Shown: piece after piece, positions 1-10,066 of the stretch | Numbering within the stretch: the stretch's first letter is position 1 | Layout: every line of letters begins with the position of its first letter | Assembly (NCBI GenBank): GCA_965116925.1 | Contig: OZ220744.1 | Location: 3,200,001-3,264,000 of the forward strand | DNA length: 64,000 bases | Reading direction: 5' to 3' | Source of the DNA: Candidatus Poribacteria bacterium | GTDB lineage: Bacteria > Poribacteria > WGA-4E > PCPOR2b | The notes under the pieces: model-generated | What the model saw: the letters and a program-made list of their open reading frames with translations, nothing else | What the model was told of the DNA's origin: nothing | Database searches by the model: none | Made by a program: the position numbers and the translations under genes

Positions 1-1383
1 ATCAGGAATCTTCAGAATGATGGGCAACGCTTATCGACAACGACGCCTCAACCCGCAGCTCCCAGTGCGTCCGATACGGGGATCTTTTCCACCGTAGACG
101 AAGCAATTGCCGCTGCCAAAGCCGCACAGGTGGAATTCGTGAAACTCGGCTTTGCCAAACGTCGGGAAATCATTGCAGCGATTAGGGAAACCTCGCTTGA
201 GCATTCGCGATCTCTCGCGGAACTCGCTGTCGAAGACACCCAAATGGGAGTTGTCGAGCATAAGGTGATGAAAAATGATGGTGGGGCAAACCTTTCGCCC
301 GGCGTAGAGGATTTGAGTTCGGAGGCAACAACTGGGGACACCGGGCTGCTGCTTGTAGAATACCTTCCCTTTGGGGTGATTAATTCAATCACGCCGACCA
401 CGAATCCGACATCAACCGTCATCAACCACGCAATCATTATGCTCTCAGCTGGAAATTCGGTTGTATTCAGTCCACACCCAAATGCGCAGAGATGCACACA
501 GGAGACGATGAAGGCCATCAACGCGGCGGTTGTCAAAGCGGGAGGACCTCCCAATATGCTCACTGCCGTTGCAGAGGCGACACTGCGACGGGCAAAGGAG
601 ATTATGGATCACGCGGATATCGCGATGGTCGTTGCCACAGGCGGCGGCAGCGTCGTGAGAGCCGCGCTTACCAGCGGCAAGAAGGCGATCGCAGCGGGGC
701 CCGGCAATCCACCGGCGATCATCGACGAAACCGCAAACTTGGCGAAAGCAGCGAAAAATGTTATCATCGGAAACAGTTTTGACAACAACCTACTCTGCAT
801 CGGCGAAAAAGCCCTCTTTGTCGTTGAATCTGTCGCTGAGGAAGTTATCCGTGAGCTGCAAAACAGCGGCGGTTACTTGACCGATCCACGTGAACGGCAA
901 GCTGTCGAAAATGTCGTCAGCCAAGATGGCGATCCCAACATTGACTATATCGGTAAAGATGCGAGCGTTATTCTTGATGCAGCAGGCATACGAGCGCAAA
1001 CAGGGACGGTTTCCGTCGTTGTTGAAGTCCCCGGCGACCATACCTTCGTAATTGACGAATACCTGATGCCGGTGCTTCCAGTGGTTCGGGTGCGCGACTT
1101 TGATGAAGCGTTGAAAGGTGCCTTGGCAGCAGATGGAGGACGTGGACATACTGCAATGCTCCACACCAATAACAGTGCACGAATCACACAATTTACACAG
1201 GCGATGAACTGCAATGTTACCGTTGTGAACGCACCATCCTACGCTTGCGCTGGAATTGATGGTGAGGGATTCCTCGCGATGACGATTGCGGGGCCCACCG
1301 GCGAAGGATTTACGCGTCCACGCACTTTCACCCGTCAGCAGCGATTAACCGTTGCAGGAGAGTTGTCCGCTCATACTTTATGA
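1..1383 (+). CDS. CoA-acylating aldehyde dehydrogenase, EutE/PduP (microcompartment-associated) family; 5' end lies upstream of the window
   Basis: Frame 1 is open from base 1 (IRNLQNDGQRLSTTTPQPAAPSASDTGIFSTVDEAIAAAKAAQ...) into ORF 130..1383. Motifs PFGVINSITPTTNP, ATGGGSVV, AGPGNPP, SFDNNLLCIGEK (catalytic Cys) and GEGF..TIAGPTGEG. Confidence 0.9.
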   Translation: MRNLQNDGQRLSTTTPQPAAPSASDTGIFSTVDEAIAAAKAAQVEFVKLGFAKRREIIAAIRETSLEHSRSLAELAVEDTQMGVVEHKVMKNDGGANLSPGVEDLSSEATTGDTGLLLVEYLPFGVINSITPTTNPTSTVINHAIIMLSAGNSVVFSPHPNAQRCTQETMKAINAAVVKAGGPPNMLTAVAEATLRRAKEIMDHADIAMVVATGGGSVVRAALTSGKKAIAAGPGNPPAIIDETANLAKAAKNVIIGNSFDNNLLCIGEKALFVVESVAEEVIRELQNSGGYLTDPRERQAVENVVSQDGDPNIDYIGKDASVILDAAGIRAQTGTVSVVVEVPGDHTFVIDEYLMPVLPVVRVRDFDEALKGALAADGGRGHTAMLHTNNSARITQFTQAMNCNVTVVNAPSYACAGIDGEGFLAMTIAGPTGEGFTRPRTFTRQQRLTVAGELSAHTL

Positions 1384-1392
1384 GGGGTATAG

Positions 1393-1545
1393 ATGATGCA
1401 AATCTTCACTATTTTCCTCCTAATTGGACTGGCAATATGCCAATCGGGACGTGTCGAAACCGTGTCCTTACTCTCCGACGCGAAGGGCGGCCCCGCATCC
1501 GCTGAAGCGACTGATAATTTTGTTCCAGACCCATCCAAGAAATAG
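1393..1545 (+). CDS. possible 50-aa small exported protein or gene remnant (MMQIFTIFLLIGLAICQSG...)
   Basis: ATG after a GAGGGG RBS-like sequence directly downstream of the dehydrogenase stop; hydrophobic N-terminus; translated by hand. Confidence 0.3.
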   Translation: MMQIFTIFLLIGLAICQSGRVETVSLLSDAKGGPASAEATDNFVPDPSKK

Positions 1546-1612
1546 AAGAACTCTTCCACCAGAAACAGTACCACAGCCTCATCGAAGATTATGACGATCT
1601 GCATAAGGGCTC

Positions 1613-2273
1613 CTGTAGGTCGATTTTCCAAAATCGACACTCTTTCATAGGCACAGGTTTCCAACCTGTACTTGCCCACAGGTAGGCGCGGTTCCCTAAC
1701 CGCACCGCATTCACTCAAACCCGGTAGGTGCGGTTTCCAACCGCACGGTTCTTCGTAGGGGTTGGGTTTCCCAACCCTTTGTTCACACACCAGAGACGAC
1801 TTCGGACTTCTGTAGGTCGATTTTCCAAAATCGACACTCTTTCGTAGGCACAGGTTTCCAACCTGTACTTGCCCACAGGTAGGCGCGGTTCCCTAACCGC
1901 ACCGCATTCACTCAAACCCGGTAGGTGCGGTTTCCAACCGCACGGTTCTTCGTAGGGGTTGGGTTTCCCAACCCTTTGTTCACACACCAGAGACGACTTC
2001 GGACTTCTGTAGGTCGATTTTCCAAAATCGACACTCTTTCGTAGGCACAGGTTTCCAACCTGTACTTGCCCACAGGTAGGCGCGGTTCCCTAACCGCACC
2101 GCATTCACTCAAACCCGGTAGGTGCGGTTTCCAACCGCACGGTTCTTCGTAGGGGTTGGGTTTCCCAACCCTTTGTTCACACACCAGAGACGACTTCGGA
2201 CTTCTGTAGGTCGATTTTCCAAAATCGACACTCTTTCGTAGGCACAGGTTTCCAACCTGTACTTGCCCACAGG
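1613..2273. repeat. 197-bp tandem repeat, ~3.35 near-identical copies, each built from five different GTAG-led hairpins (BIME-like mosaic)
   Basis: Unit starts CTGTAGGTCGATTTTCCAAAATCGAC at 1613, 1810, 2007 and 2204. Confidence 0.95.
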
Positions 2274-2365
2274 ACAGGCTTTGCGCCACTCCGAGTGTTC
2301 AACTGCCTAACCTCTATAACAGATGCAATTGCCCTAAACCCCAATATGAAATTAAGGAGACATAA

Positions 2366-3595
2366 ATGGAAAAACTCGCCATCCACGGTGGACCCAAGGT
2401 AAGAACCGAACCCTTCCCAGAACGCACCCCGTTCGGTGAACGTGAGGAAGAACTCCTACTTCAGGCGGTGCGGAGTCAAACCCTCTTTGTCAAAAGTGGA
2501 ACTTTCGTCAAAGAACTGGAAAAGGAATTCGCCGCGTTTTACGGCACACAACACGCACAAGCATCAACGAGCGGAACCGCCGCCATCCACACCGCGGTCG
2601 GCGTCGTCAATCCGAACCCCGGCGACGAAATCATCACCGCGCCAATCACCGATCCCGGCAGCGTTATGCCAATCCTCATGCAGAACGCCGTACCCATCTT
2701 CGCCGATGTGGATCCCAAGACGCTGAACATGACCCCTGAATCCATCGAGGCGAACATCACCGACCGCACCCGCGCCATTATTCTAGTACATCTTTTCGGT
2801 CACCCCTGCGACATTGACGAAGTAATGAAAATCGCCGAAAAGCATAACCTCATCCTAATCGAAGACTGCTGCCAGACCCATGCAACGAAATACAAGGGAC
2901 GCTATGCCGGGACATTTGGTCACATGGGCTGCTTCAGCTTTCAGCAATCGAAACACATGACCACAGGCGATGGCGGGATGATCCTGACCAACGATGAGGA
3001 AACCTATATCCGTCTGAAACTCTTTTCGGACAAAGGCTGGGACTATCAATACATGGGAGAGCGCGACCACGCCTTCCTCGCACCCAACTACCGCATGACA
3101 GAGATGCAGGGGGCTGTTGGATTGGCGCAACTTGAGAAGCTACGGGAAGTTGTCGAACGGCGAATCGTGCTCGGCAGGTTACTCTCCGAACTGATTGCCG
3201 ACGCACCCGGCGTTGAGGCTGTTCCACTGCCAACCGACCGCGAGGTCTCTTGGTGGAACTACATCTTCCACGTCACCGGACACGCCCCCGACGAATTCTG
3301 TAAAGCCGTCTCCGCTGAAGGTGTCTCAATGGCCGCCCATTACATCCAGGACCCAATCTATATGCGCGGCGACTTCCTGACAAAAGGACGCACCTACGGC
3401 GACAGTCAATTCCCGTTTAACAGTCCCTACATCAGCCGAGAATACCATTACGGGCCCGAACTCGTCCCCGGCGCAGTCGAAGGTTTGGGATCGGTCGTCG
3501 TCCGCGGCATCCACGAACACATGAGCGAAGACGACATTCGGGACATCGCTAAGGCAATCAACAAAGCGGCACACGGTCTAACCGAATCGGCGTAA
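2366..3595 (+). CDS. DegT/DnrJ/EryC1/StrS family PLP-dependent aminotransferase
   Basis: SGTAAIH, LIEDCCQ, SFQQSKHMTTGDGG (PLP lysine), NYRMTE; AAGGAG RBS. Confidence 0.92.
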   Translation: MEKLAIHGGPKVRTEPFPERTPFGEREEELLLQAVRSQTLFVKSGTFVKELEKEFAAFYGTQHAQASTSGTAAIHTAVGVVNPNPGDEIITAPITDPGSVMPILMQNAVPIFADVDPKTLNMTPESIEANITDRTRAIILVHLFGHPCDIDEVMKIAEKHNLILIEDCCQTHATKYKGRYAGTFGHMGCFSFQQSKHMTTGDGGMILTNDEETYIRLKLFSDKGWDYQYMGERDHAFLAPNYRMTEMQGAVGLAQLEKLREVVERRIVLGRLLSELIADAPGVEAVPLPTDREVSWWNYIFHVTGHAPDEFCKAVSAEGVSMAAHYIQDPIYMRGDFLTKGRTYGDSQFPFNSPYISREYHYGPELVPGAVEGLGSVVVRGIHEHMSEDDIRDIAKAINKAAHGLTESA

Positions 3596-3698
3596 TTCGT
3601 AGGGAACGGAGATCTCCGTTCCCTCCATTTTGTAGGTCGAGATTCATATCTCGACACCGATCGAAATGTTAGTTTTTGAAAATCTGAATTTGCTGTAA

Positions 3699-3776
3699 AG
3701 CCCCAGCGGGGCGACATGTATATAGAAACGCCGAAGTCCCACACCCCTAAGCCCCAGCGGGGCGACATGTGTATAG
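3699..3776 (+). repeat. direct doublet of the 27-nt AGCCCCAGCGGGGCGACATGTNTATAG unit with a 24-nt unique spacer
   Basis: Copies at 3699 and 3750; the same arrangement occurs at 15484, 17815, ~51990 and 53274. Confidence 0.85.
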
Positions 3777-3857
3777 AATGAAACTACGTCCGTTTTCTGT
3801 AGGAGGGAATTCTAATTCCCGACTATTGCATTGATTCATGATGCCTGATCTATCAGC

Positions 3858-4001
3858 TATGGTGGATTCTTAAAATATGGTGGATTCTTAAAATAAATAG
3901 ACGCTTTCGCCCCCCATGTTTGGTAGGCACTGTTTCCAACTGCGCCGGTTTTGAGTGTCTCATTAATTCTAAGGTCCACTATAATTCTAAAATCTACTAT
4001 A
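3858..4001. mobile_element. family-A MITE (TA-TRGTRGAT ends) with both 18-bp ends duplicated or nested
   Basis: TATGGTGGATTCTTAAAA twice (3858, 3876); right ends ...GTCCACTATA (3983) and ...ATCTACTATA (4001); internal GTAGG hairpin. Confidence 0.7.
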
Positions 4002-4032
4002 ACAACTTGCGTTATATTGATAAGGAAACACA

Positions 4033-7000
4033 ATGCGTACTTTGATCATAGTAATATTGATCGGGGTTTTCGGCCTGTGTTATTTTGAAATGACTTTTGC
4101 TGATATCACCATTGACGGTGAAACCGTCCACGTCGAAACCGATGCTTACACTGTCCAATTTGACCGCGGTGTGATTACCCATCTCCATAACAAACTTACC
4201 GCCGAGACCTACACCCTACCTGAGATAGAATTCAGAGCGCAGACCGGTATCTTGAGGAGACAACACGGACACATCTGGACAAGAGACATGACCGCAACAG
4301 AGGCCAGAAAAACAGGACAGGACAGTGCCACACTCCTATTCCGTCGGGGTGGAAACGAAATTACCCTCACCATTGAAGTAGAAGCACACACCGGCGACCT
4401 ACTCATCGGAGGGAACGCAGTATCCGATATCCCTGGCGTCTACGGCTTTCAGTGGGGTTGCGGCGATCTAGATATCCAAAACCTAGAACTCATTCTTCCC
4501 GCCCGCGGTGGACAAGTCATTAACGATTCCTCCCCAATCACCAACAAAGGATTCAATTATCCCGGACGTTGGGAAGCACAACTCGCCATTATCCAAGGTG
4601 AACGCGGCGGATTTTATATCCGCGGAACAGATGAAACCTTCCAGTTCAAAAGGCTGGATTGCCAAAAAGATAGCGAGAACCTCGCGCTCGGTTTCCAGAC
4701 CCACAACCAAGCCCCCTGGGACACGCTCACCACTGCACAGTCTGTGATATGGCGATTGAACACCTACGTCGGGGACTGGCGTGTTCCTGCACAAATTTAC
4801 CGCGACTGGATGGAACGAACCTTCAACCCGTGGCGGTTATCAGACATGCCCACGTGGGTTCAGGACATCGGCTTGGTTGTTAATGGTTCTTTGGACACCG
4901 AATCCTTAGATCGACTTACAGAACTGATTGATCCAACCAAAACGTTGCTCTATCTGGTCGGTTGGCGCAAAAATGGATACGATCAGAATTATCCCGATTA
5001 TACCGCAGAAGAAGGGTTTGGCGACTTTGTTGAATACGCGCATCAACATGGGTTTCGGGTCATGCTGCATGTCAACCTTGTCGGGATATCCCCCTATCAT
5101 CCCCTCTACCCCGAATTTCAGCCTTTTCAATTCCGAGATCCTTGGAGTGAAGAACCCATCGGGTGGAAGTGGGATGAAATAGGCAATCCGAAACGTCATG
5201 CCTGGATAAATAACGCCAGTTCTAAATTCAGGAATCTCCTCGTCCAACGACTTAAAGAAGTATGGGAGAAATACAGGGTAGATGCCTTCCACCTCGACAT
5301 CAGCCATGTCGTCGAGAATGACGCAAGCGGCTTAATCGACGGATTAAATTCAGCGCAAGGCAATGTGCAGATGCACTTGGAATTGGCAGAGGCTATGCCC
5401 GGCGTTGTTTTCAGTGGCGAACATCTTCACGAAGCCACCTTCTTCCGTGAGAACTTCGCCCAACGTTGGAAACTGTCCCCCGAATCAACACCCCATCCTA
5501 TAAGCGCATTCCTATTTTCTCCTTACACCCGTCCCTACGGCTATCTCGGACTCCCTTCTCCGGAGAATAATCCACTGGGTTATCAAGATTATCTTAATTC
5601 CTATGAGGTTTGGGGCGTATTGCCAACTGTTCAGGCGGGATTGAGCGTGCTGAATGGACGGCTTACTCAGCAGATACTCGCTGTTGCCCATCAGTGGCAG
5701 GAACTTGGCTTAAGACCTGACTTTGCATCCGATTGGGATCCCAACACCCTGTTCCAATACACGACCCGAGATGGTGAAACCGTAACCTATCAACGCACAC
5801 CTACAGGTTCCACTCTCATCTTGCCCCAAGACGGTGGATATGAGCGCGTCTACGGTGTTACAGAGGTGCAAACACATCGAAGCCTTCCCCACTGGCGTGC
5901 CTACAACGAGACAACTATCCTCGGCTTAGATCCAAGCAAATACTATTTCCTTGACAACACGCACCGTGACTTTTCCCAGCCGCATCTTAACGCCCTGCCA
6001 CCGGGGGTTACCGTAACTGAAACCCGCGTCACCGAAAACGCTGCCCTCTTTGGACTTGAAAAAACCAATGTTTCACTCGAAATCGATCTATTGTCAAAAC
6101 TCCATCTAGCAAGAACCGGAATTGTTATCAATGGTGCAGAATTGCCCCTACAACGAGGAGCAACCTTCAGACACTCACAAAGCACGCTCTCTGGTGTCAC
6201 CAAACCTGCGGTTCATGCACATCCCTTTTACCAAGATGGTAGCGGGGACACATTCGGAGAATTTACACTCCCGCTGCCAGATAGCCCCGATATTCGTCTC
6301 AATTTTTATATCGGTTTGTGGGAAGGTTCCGAAAGATCTGATGGAGTTACCTTCATTGTCTCCGTCCAAGACGAAGAGATTTTTCGTCAACACTACAACC
6401 AACAAAGCTGGCAGCTCGTAACCCTTAATTTGTCTCCTTATCAAGGCAAACTTGTCAAACTCCGCTTTACTACCACCCCAGGACCAAATGGCAATGCCAG
6501 TTGGGATTGGGCGGTGTGGGGCGAACCCAAAATCATCTCTAAACCTGATAACTCACCCATAAAAGTCGGCTTTTTCTCTCCGATTGAACCCATATCGAGC
6601 GTCCCTGATACACTGAGCTATATCGGTAGTGGACACTATACCCTCGAAGCCGTACTCCCCGCACAGCTCCTCTTTTTTCTCGACCCCGGTCAACTAGTCG
6701 TGCCACCTTACAATCTCAGAGATGCTCAATTCACCGCCGGACTCCAATTTGATAGCATCTTTCGACTCGGAAGTGTATACAGGTCAGGCAACCGCACAAC
6801 TGTTGAAAATCTTAACGGAGAACGCAAGCCGAGCATCTTTGCACATCCTCCTACAAATGGGCAGACTATTCTCCAGTTTCCACTCCACCTCCCTCAATCC
6901 CCAAGACTAATCTTCTCCTTCTCAATGGTACTACAGGACAACCCTTGTAGCAATGGGGTTCTCTTTCGGGTCCTCCTCAACGGGCAAAACCGATTTGAAC

Positions 7001-7794
7001 ACCTCATTGAAACCCCGGACTGGGTAGATGCGGACCTCTCCCTCTCTGAGTTCGCCGGTCAAACCGTCCTGTTGGAATTGGCAACCGATCCTAATGGAAG
7101 CAATAGTTGCGATTGGGCACACTGGGCAGATCTGCTGATCGCCGTTGAGGAATCCGCACTTGCCGGCGATGTCAACAGTGATGGACAGGTCAATGTCCTT
7201 GACCTCATCCTCGTCGCAAGCAATTTCGGTGAACAACCACCCAGCAACCCATTGGCAGACACCAACAAAGATGGAGCGGTGAATATCTTGGATCTTGTGT
7301 TTGTCGCAGAGCATCTCAGTCAAAACGCCGCCGCACCTTCCCAGCTAGCTCTCGTCAAATCTATCCCGTCCACTGCCAAAGAGGTTATCGCCGCACAGCG
7401 TGCCTTGACCGAGTTAGAGGCTATTCCCAATAAATCACACGGCGTTCAAATCGCCATCGAACTGCTCCGACACTACCTGTCACTCGCGGACCAGAACGTC
7501 CAAGAGACCAAACTGCTCCCCAACTATCCCAACCCCTTCAACCCAGACACATGGATACCGTATCAGCTATCAGAAGGGTCAACGGTCACTGTCAAAATCT
7601 ACGATGTGACCGGCAGCTTGCTCAGAACAATCCAAGTCGGACACAAGCCGGTCGGATACTACCTCACCCGCGGGCGTGCCATCTACTGGGACGGTCGAAA
7701 CCAAAACCGAGAGCCGGTCAGCAGCGGTGTCTACTTCTACACCCTCAGTACCGATACCTACACCCAAACCCGTCGCATGGTTATCGTCAAGTAG
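4033..7794 (+). CDS. large secreted multidomain protein: putative glycoside-hydrolase-like barrel, two beta-sandwich (carbohydrate-binding-like) modules, dockerin-type repeat and C-terminal FlgD/T9SS-like sorting domain
   Basis: Signal peptide; YRVDAFHLD barrel motif; two similar modules (SDGVTFIVSV...WDWAVW and SNGVLFRVLL...CDWAHW); GDVNSDGQVNVLDL...ADTNKDGAVNILDL; LLPNYPNPFNPDTWIPYQL...RRMVIVK. Confidence 0.75.
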   Translation: MRTLIIVILIGVFGLCYFEMTFADITIDGETVHVETDAYTVQFDRGVITHLHNKLTAETYTLPEIEFRAQTGILRRQHGHIWTRDMTATEARKTGQDSATLLFRRGGNEITLTIEVEAHTGDLLIGGNAVSDIPGVYGFQWGCGDLDIQNLELILPARGGQVINDSSPITNKGFNYPGRWEAQLAIIQGERGGFYIRGTDETFQFKRLDCQKDSENLALGFQTHNQAPWDTLTTAQSVIWRLNTYVGDWRVPAQIYRDWMERTFNPWRLSDMPTWVQDIGLVVNGSLDTESLDRLTELIDPTKTLLYLVGWRKNGYDQNYPDYTAEEGFGDFVEYAHQHGFRVMLHVNLVGISPYHPLYPEFQPFQFRDPWSEEPIGWKWDEIGNPKRHAWINNASSKFRNLLVQRLKEVWEKYRVDAFHLDISHVVENDASGLIDGLNSAQGNVQMHLELAEAMPGVVFSGEHLHEATFFRENFAQRWKLSPESTPHPISAFLFSPYTRPYGYLGLPSPENNPLGYQDYLNSYEVWGVLPTVQAGLSVLNGRLTQQILAVAHQWQELGLRPDFASDWDPNTLFQYTTRDGETVTYQRTPTGSTLILPQDGGYERVYGVTEVQTHRSLPHWRAYNETTILGLDPSKYYFLDNTHRDFSQPHLNALPPGVTVTETRVTENAALFGLEKTNVSLEIDLLSKLHLARTGIVINGAELPLQRGATFRHSQSTLSGVTKPAVHAHPFYQDGSGDTFGEFTLPLPDSPDIRLNFYIGLWEGSERSDGVTFIVSVQDEEIFRQHYNQQSWQLVTLNLSPYQGKLVKLRFTTTPGPNGNASWDWAVWGEPKIISKPDNSPIKVGFFSPIEPISSVPDTLSYIGSGHYTLEAVLPAQLLFFLDPGQLVVPPYNLRDAQFTAGLQFDSIFRLGSVYRSGNRTTVENLNGERKPSIFAHPPTNGQTILQFPLHLPQSPRLIFSFSMVLQDNPCSNGVLFRVLLNGQNRFEHLIETPDWVDADLSLSEFAGQTVLLELATDPNGSNSCDWAHWADLLIAVEESALAGDVNSDGQVNVLDLILVASNFGEQPPSNPLADTNKDGAVNILDLVFVAEHLSQNAAAPSQLALVKSIPSTAKEVIAAQRALTELEAIPNKSHGVQIAIELLRHYLSLADQNVQETKLLPNYPNPFNPDTWIPYQLSEGSTVTVKIYDVTGSLLRTIQVGHKPVGYYLTRGRAIYWDGRNQNREPVSSGVYFYTLSTDTYTQTRRMVIVK

Positions 7795-7955
7795 GAAGCA
7801 AAAGAGGAGAAAACGGGAAAACGAGAGAACGGGAAAACGAGAAGACAGGAAAGATGATGCGTAAGCAGAAACCGAGTTTTTTCTTCAAAACTTGGTTTCT
7901 CTAAAAGAAAAAATCTTGAGATCATTGCGTCTTAGCGACTTTGCGTTAATTTTAG

Positions 7956-8093
7956 TAGGAGTTACGCACTTCAGTTTGTAGTAGCGCAATTCATTGCGCG
8001 TTCTTCCCTCCCACTGCTTGCGAGGGAATAGAGGGGGACGGGCGATGAATCGCCGAACTACAAGGCTTTGACCATTCAACTGCGTAAGTCCTA
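7956..8093. mobile_element. family-C MITE (TIR TAGGASTTACGCA) with target duplication TTTTAG
   Basis: TAGGAGTTACGCA...TGCGTAAGTCCTA with TTTTAG on both sides. Confidence 0.8.
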
Positions 8094-8206
8094 TTTTAGT
8101 TCAGTAGGTCGAAATCCATATCTTGACAAAACACTTCACAAAATCTTAATCTATATTTAATATTTATGTGTTATAATTTCCACATATCAACAAGGGAGAA
8201 AAACAG

Positions 8207-9151
8207 ATGCTACTCAAATTTCAACGCATTTTTTGGTTCATCGCCCTAAGTTTTGTTTGGGTTGCCATCAGCCATGGGGAAGAAACCCTCCAAATTCTGG
8301 AGAACGAGCAGAAACTTGTCCTAACCGGAGAAATCTCCAAAGCCCTCGGCACCTATGACGAGCATCTCAAGGGAGCTGTGGAATACCTGCTCTGCGGACC
8401 GGGAGGCAAAGAATACGAAAGTATTATCGTCGTCAATAGCTCCGCGCAGGAAATCCACGACGCAATGCTCAAACTCGGCGTCGAGAGGGGCACCCCACCG
8501 ATGTACGATGAAGACAAGGATGAGATGATTGGCGCGACAGGGACCGGCGTCCTAGTGTTCGTCGAATGGGAGACAAACGGTAAGATCAAAAGGGTGCGTG
8601 CCGAAGACCTCCTCCAAGACACCCGAACCCAAAAACCGATGAAAAATGTAGAGTGGATCTTTTCCGGCTCTCGTGAGATCCCCGATCTCGACAGTGAAGA
8701 CGAGGACGCGATGATACCCCAAGCATTTGTCGGAAACGACATTATTGCCCTTAACTATATCGACGGCAGCGCACTGTTTCAAAGTCCGATCCCTTCCGAA
8801 GAAAGCCCCTACAAAAAGAACGCAGAGACACTCCCACCACTCGGCACATCGGTGAAAGTCACGATCGAGGTAAGCTCAAAAATGCAACGCTATATTCTAA
8901 TCAGCGGCAAGGTCCAAGGGGTTGGATTTCGCCATTTCACCAGACAAAACGCTATGAAACTTGGTGTGCACGGCTATGCGAAGAACCTGCCCAACGGTAA
9001 GGTGGAGGTCGTCGCCGAGGGGGATAAAGCGACCCTAGATGAATTTGTGAAAGTCCTTTGGAAAGGACCGCCTGCCTCTATAGTTAAAGATGTTAAAGTC
9101 GAAGCGCGTCCGCATAGCGGGGAGTACACCTCTTTTGGTATTAAGTATTGA
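8207..9151 (+). CDS. signal peptide + YdjY-like domain fused to a C-terminal acylphosphatase
   Basis: N-terminal hydrophobic leader; VEYLLCGPGGKEYES (YdjY-like); C-terminal ISGKVQGVGFR...GYAKNLPNGKVEVVAEG acylphosphatase signatures. Confidence 0.8.
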   Translation: MLLKFQRIFWFIALSFVWVAISHGEETLQILENEQKLVLTGEISKALGTYDEHLKGAVEYLLCGPGGKEYESIIVVNSSAQEIHDAMLKLGVERGTPPMYDEDKDEMIGATGTGVLVFVEWETNGKIKRVRAEDLLQDTRTQKPMKNVEWIFSGSREIPDLDSEDEDAMIPQAFVGNDIIALNYIDGSALFQSPIPSEESPYKKNAETLPPLGTSVKVTIEVSSKMQRYILISGKVQGVGFRHFTRQNAMKLGVHGYAKNLPNGKVEVVAEGDKATLDEFVKVLWKGPPASIVKDVKVEARPHSGEYTSFGIKY

Positions 9152-9181
9152 GAGATAATTCATTAACGGAAAGGAACAATA

Positions 9182-9946
9182 GTGCGGAAAGAATTCATCA
9201 AGTTTGTTCATAAACTTGCGGCGGAAAGTGCCGAAGTCATAAAGCCGTATTTCGCCGCTTTCGACCTTGAAGTTGAGATGAAAGAGGACGAAACGCCTGT
9301 CACCGCTGCGGATCGAGGGGCAGAGGAGATCATGCGCGATCTGATCCGCAAAGCGTTCCCCGACCACGGGGTCATCGGCGAGGAGTTCGGAAACGAAAAT
9401 GAAACCGCCGAGTTTGTCTGGGTGCTGGATCCGATAGACGGCACAAAATCATTTACAAGTGGATGCCCACTTTTTGGAACACTAATCTGTCTCCTGCACG
9501 GGGGACAACCCGTCTTGGGGGCAATCAATCAGCCCATCTTAGAGCGGTTGTGCATCGGCGATAACAATCAAACAACCGTCAACGGACATCCGGTGCATGT
9601 CCCAGAGACCGACACACTTTCTGAAGCAATCCTGCTGACAACGGATATTCTGAGTATTGGTAAATATCAGAATCGGGCGGGATTTGAGGTTCTACTTCAT
9701 CAAGCGAAAATGTTCCGTACATGGGGCGACTGCTACGGCTATCTATTGCTCGCATCGGGAGGTGCCGACATCATGCTCGACCCCATCGTGAATCCGTGGG
9801 ATGTGCTTCCGGTGGTTCCAGTAGTTCGTGGTGCGGGTGGAATTGTTACCGCGTGGGACGGCAGCGATGTCGTTCAAGGGGATTCGTGTGTGGCTGCAAC
9901 CCCGAATCTACACCCCCATGTCTTGGAAATCCTAAACGCCAACTGA
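9182..9946 (+). CDS. hisN: histidinol-phosphatase, inositol monophosphatase family
   Basis: KEDETPVTAADR, GEE, WVLDPIDGTKSF, WGDCYGY, NPWD. Confidence 0.75.
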   Translation: MRKEFIKFVHKLAAESAEVIKPYFAAFDLEVEMKEDETPVTAADRGAEEIMRDLIRKAFPDHGVIGEEFGNENETAEFVWVLDPIDGTKSFTSGCPLFGTLICLLHGGQPVLGAINQPILERLCIGDNNQTTVNGHPVHVPETDTLSEAILLTTDILSIGKYQNRAGFEVLLHQAKMFRTWGDCYGYLLLASGGADIMLDPIVNPWDVLPVVPVVRGAGGIVTAWDGSDVVQGDSCVAATPNLHPHVLEILNAN

Positions 9947-10066
9947 TAGCTTGATTCATGTTAAGAAATCCCGAATCGTAGGGGCGGGGTTTCCCCGCCC
10001 GAAAAGGAACCAGTTGTTTTCACGTTTTACGCATCACGTTTCACGTCCTTAAGGAGTTTATCGGCC

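Noticed and set aside
1613..2273. CRISPR array
   Set aside because: Sequences between the hairpins are identical from unit to unit, so there are no unique spacers; no cas genes nearby
1371..2289. Three similar minus-strand ORFs (MCEQRVGKPNPY...)
   Set aside because: They are translations of the 197-bp tandem palindromic repeat and show no protein-like features
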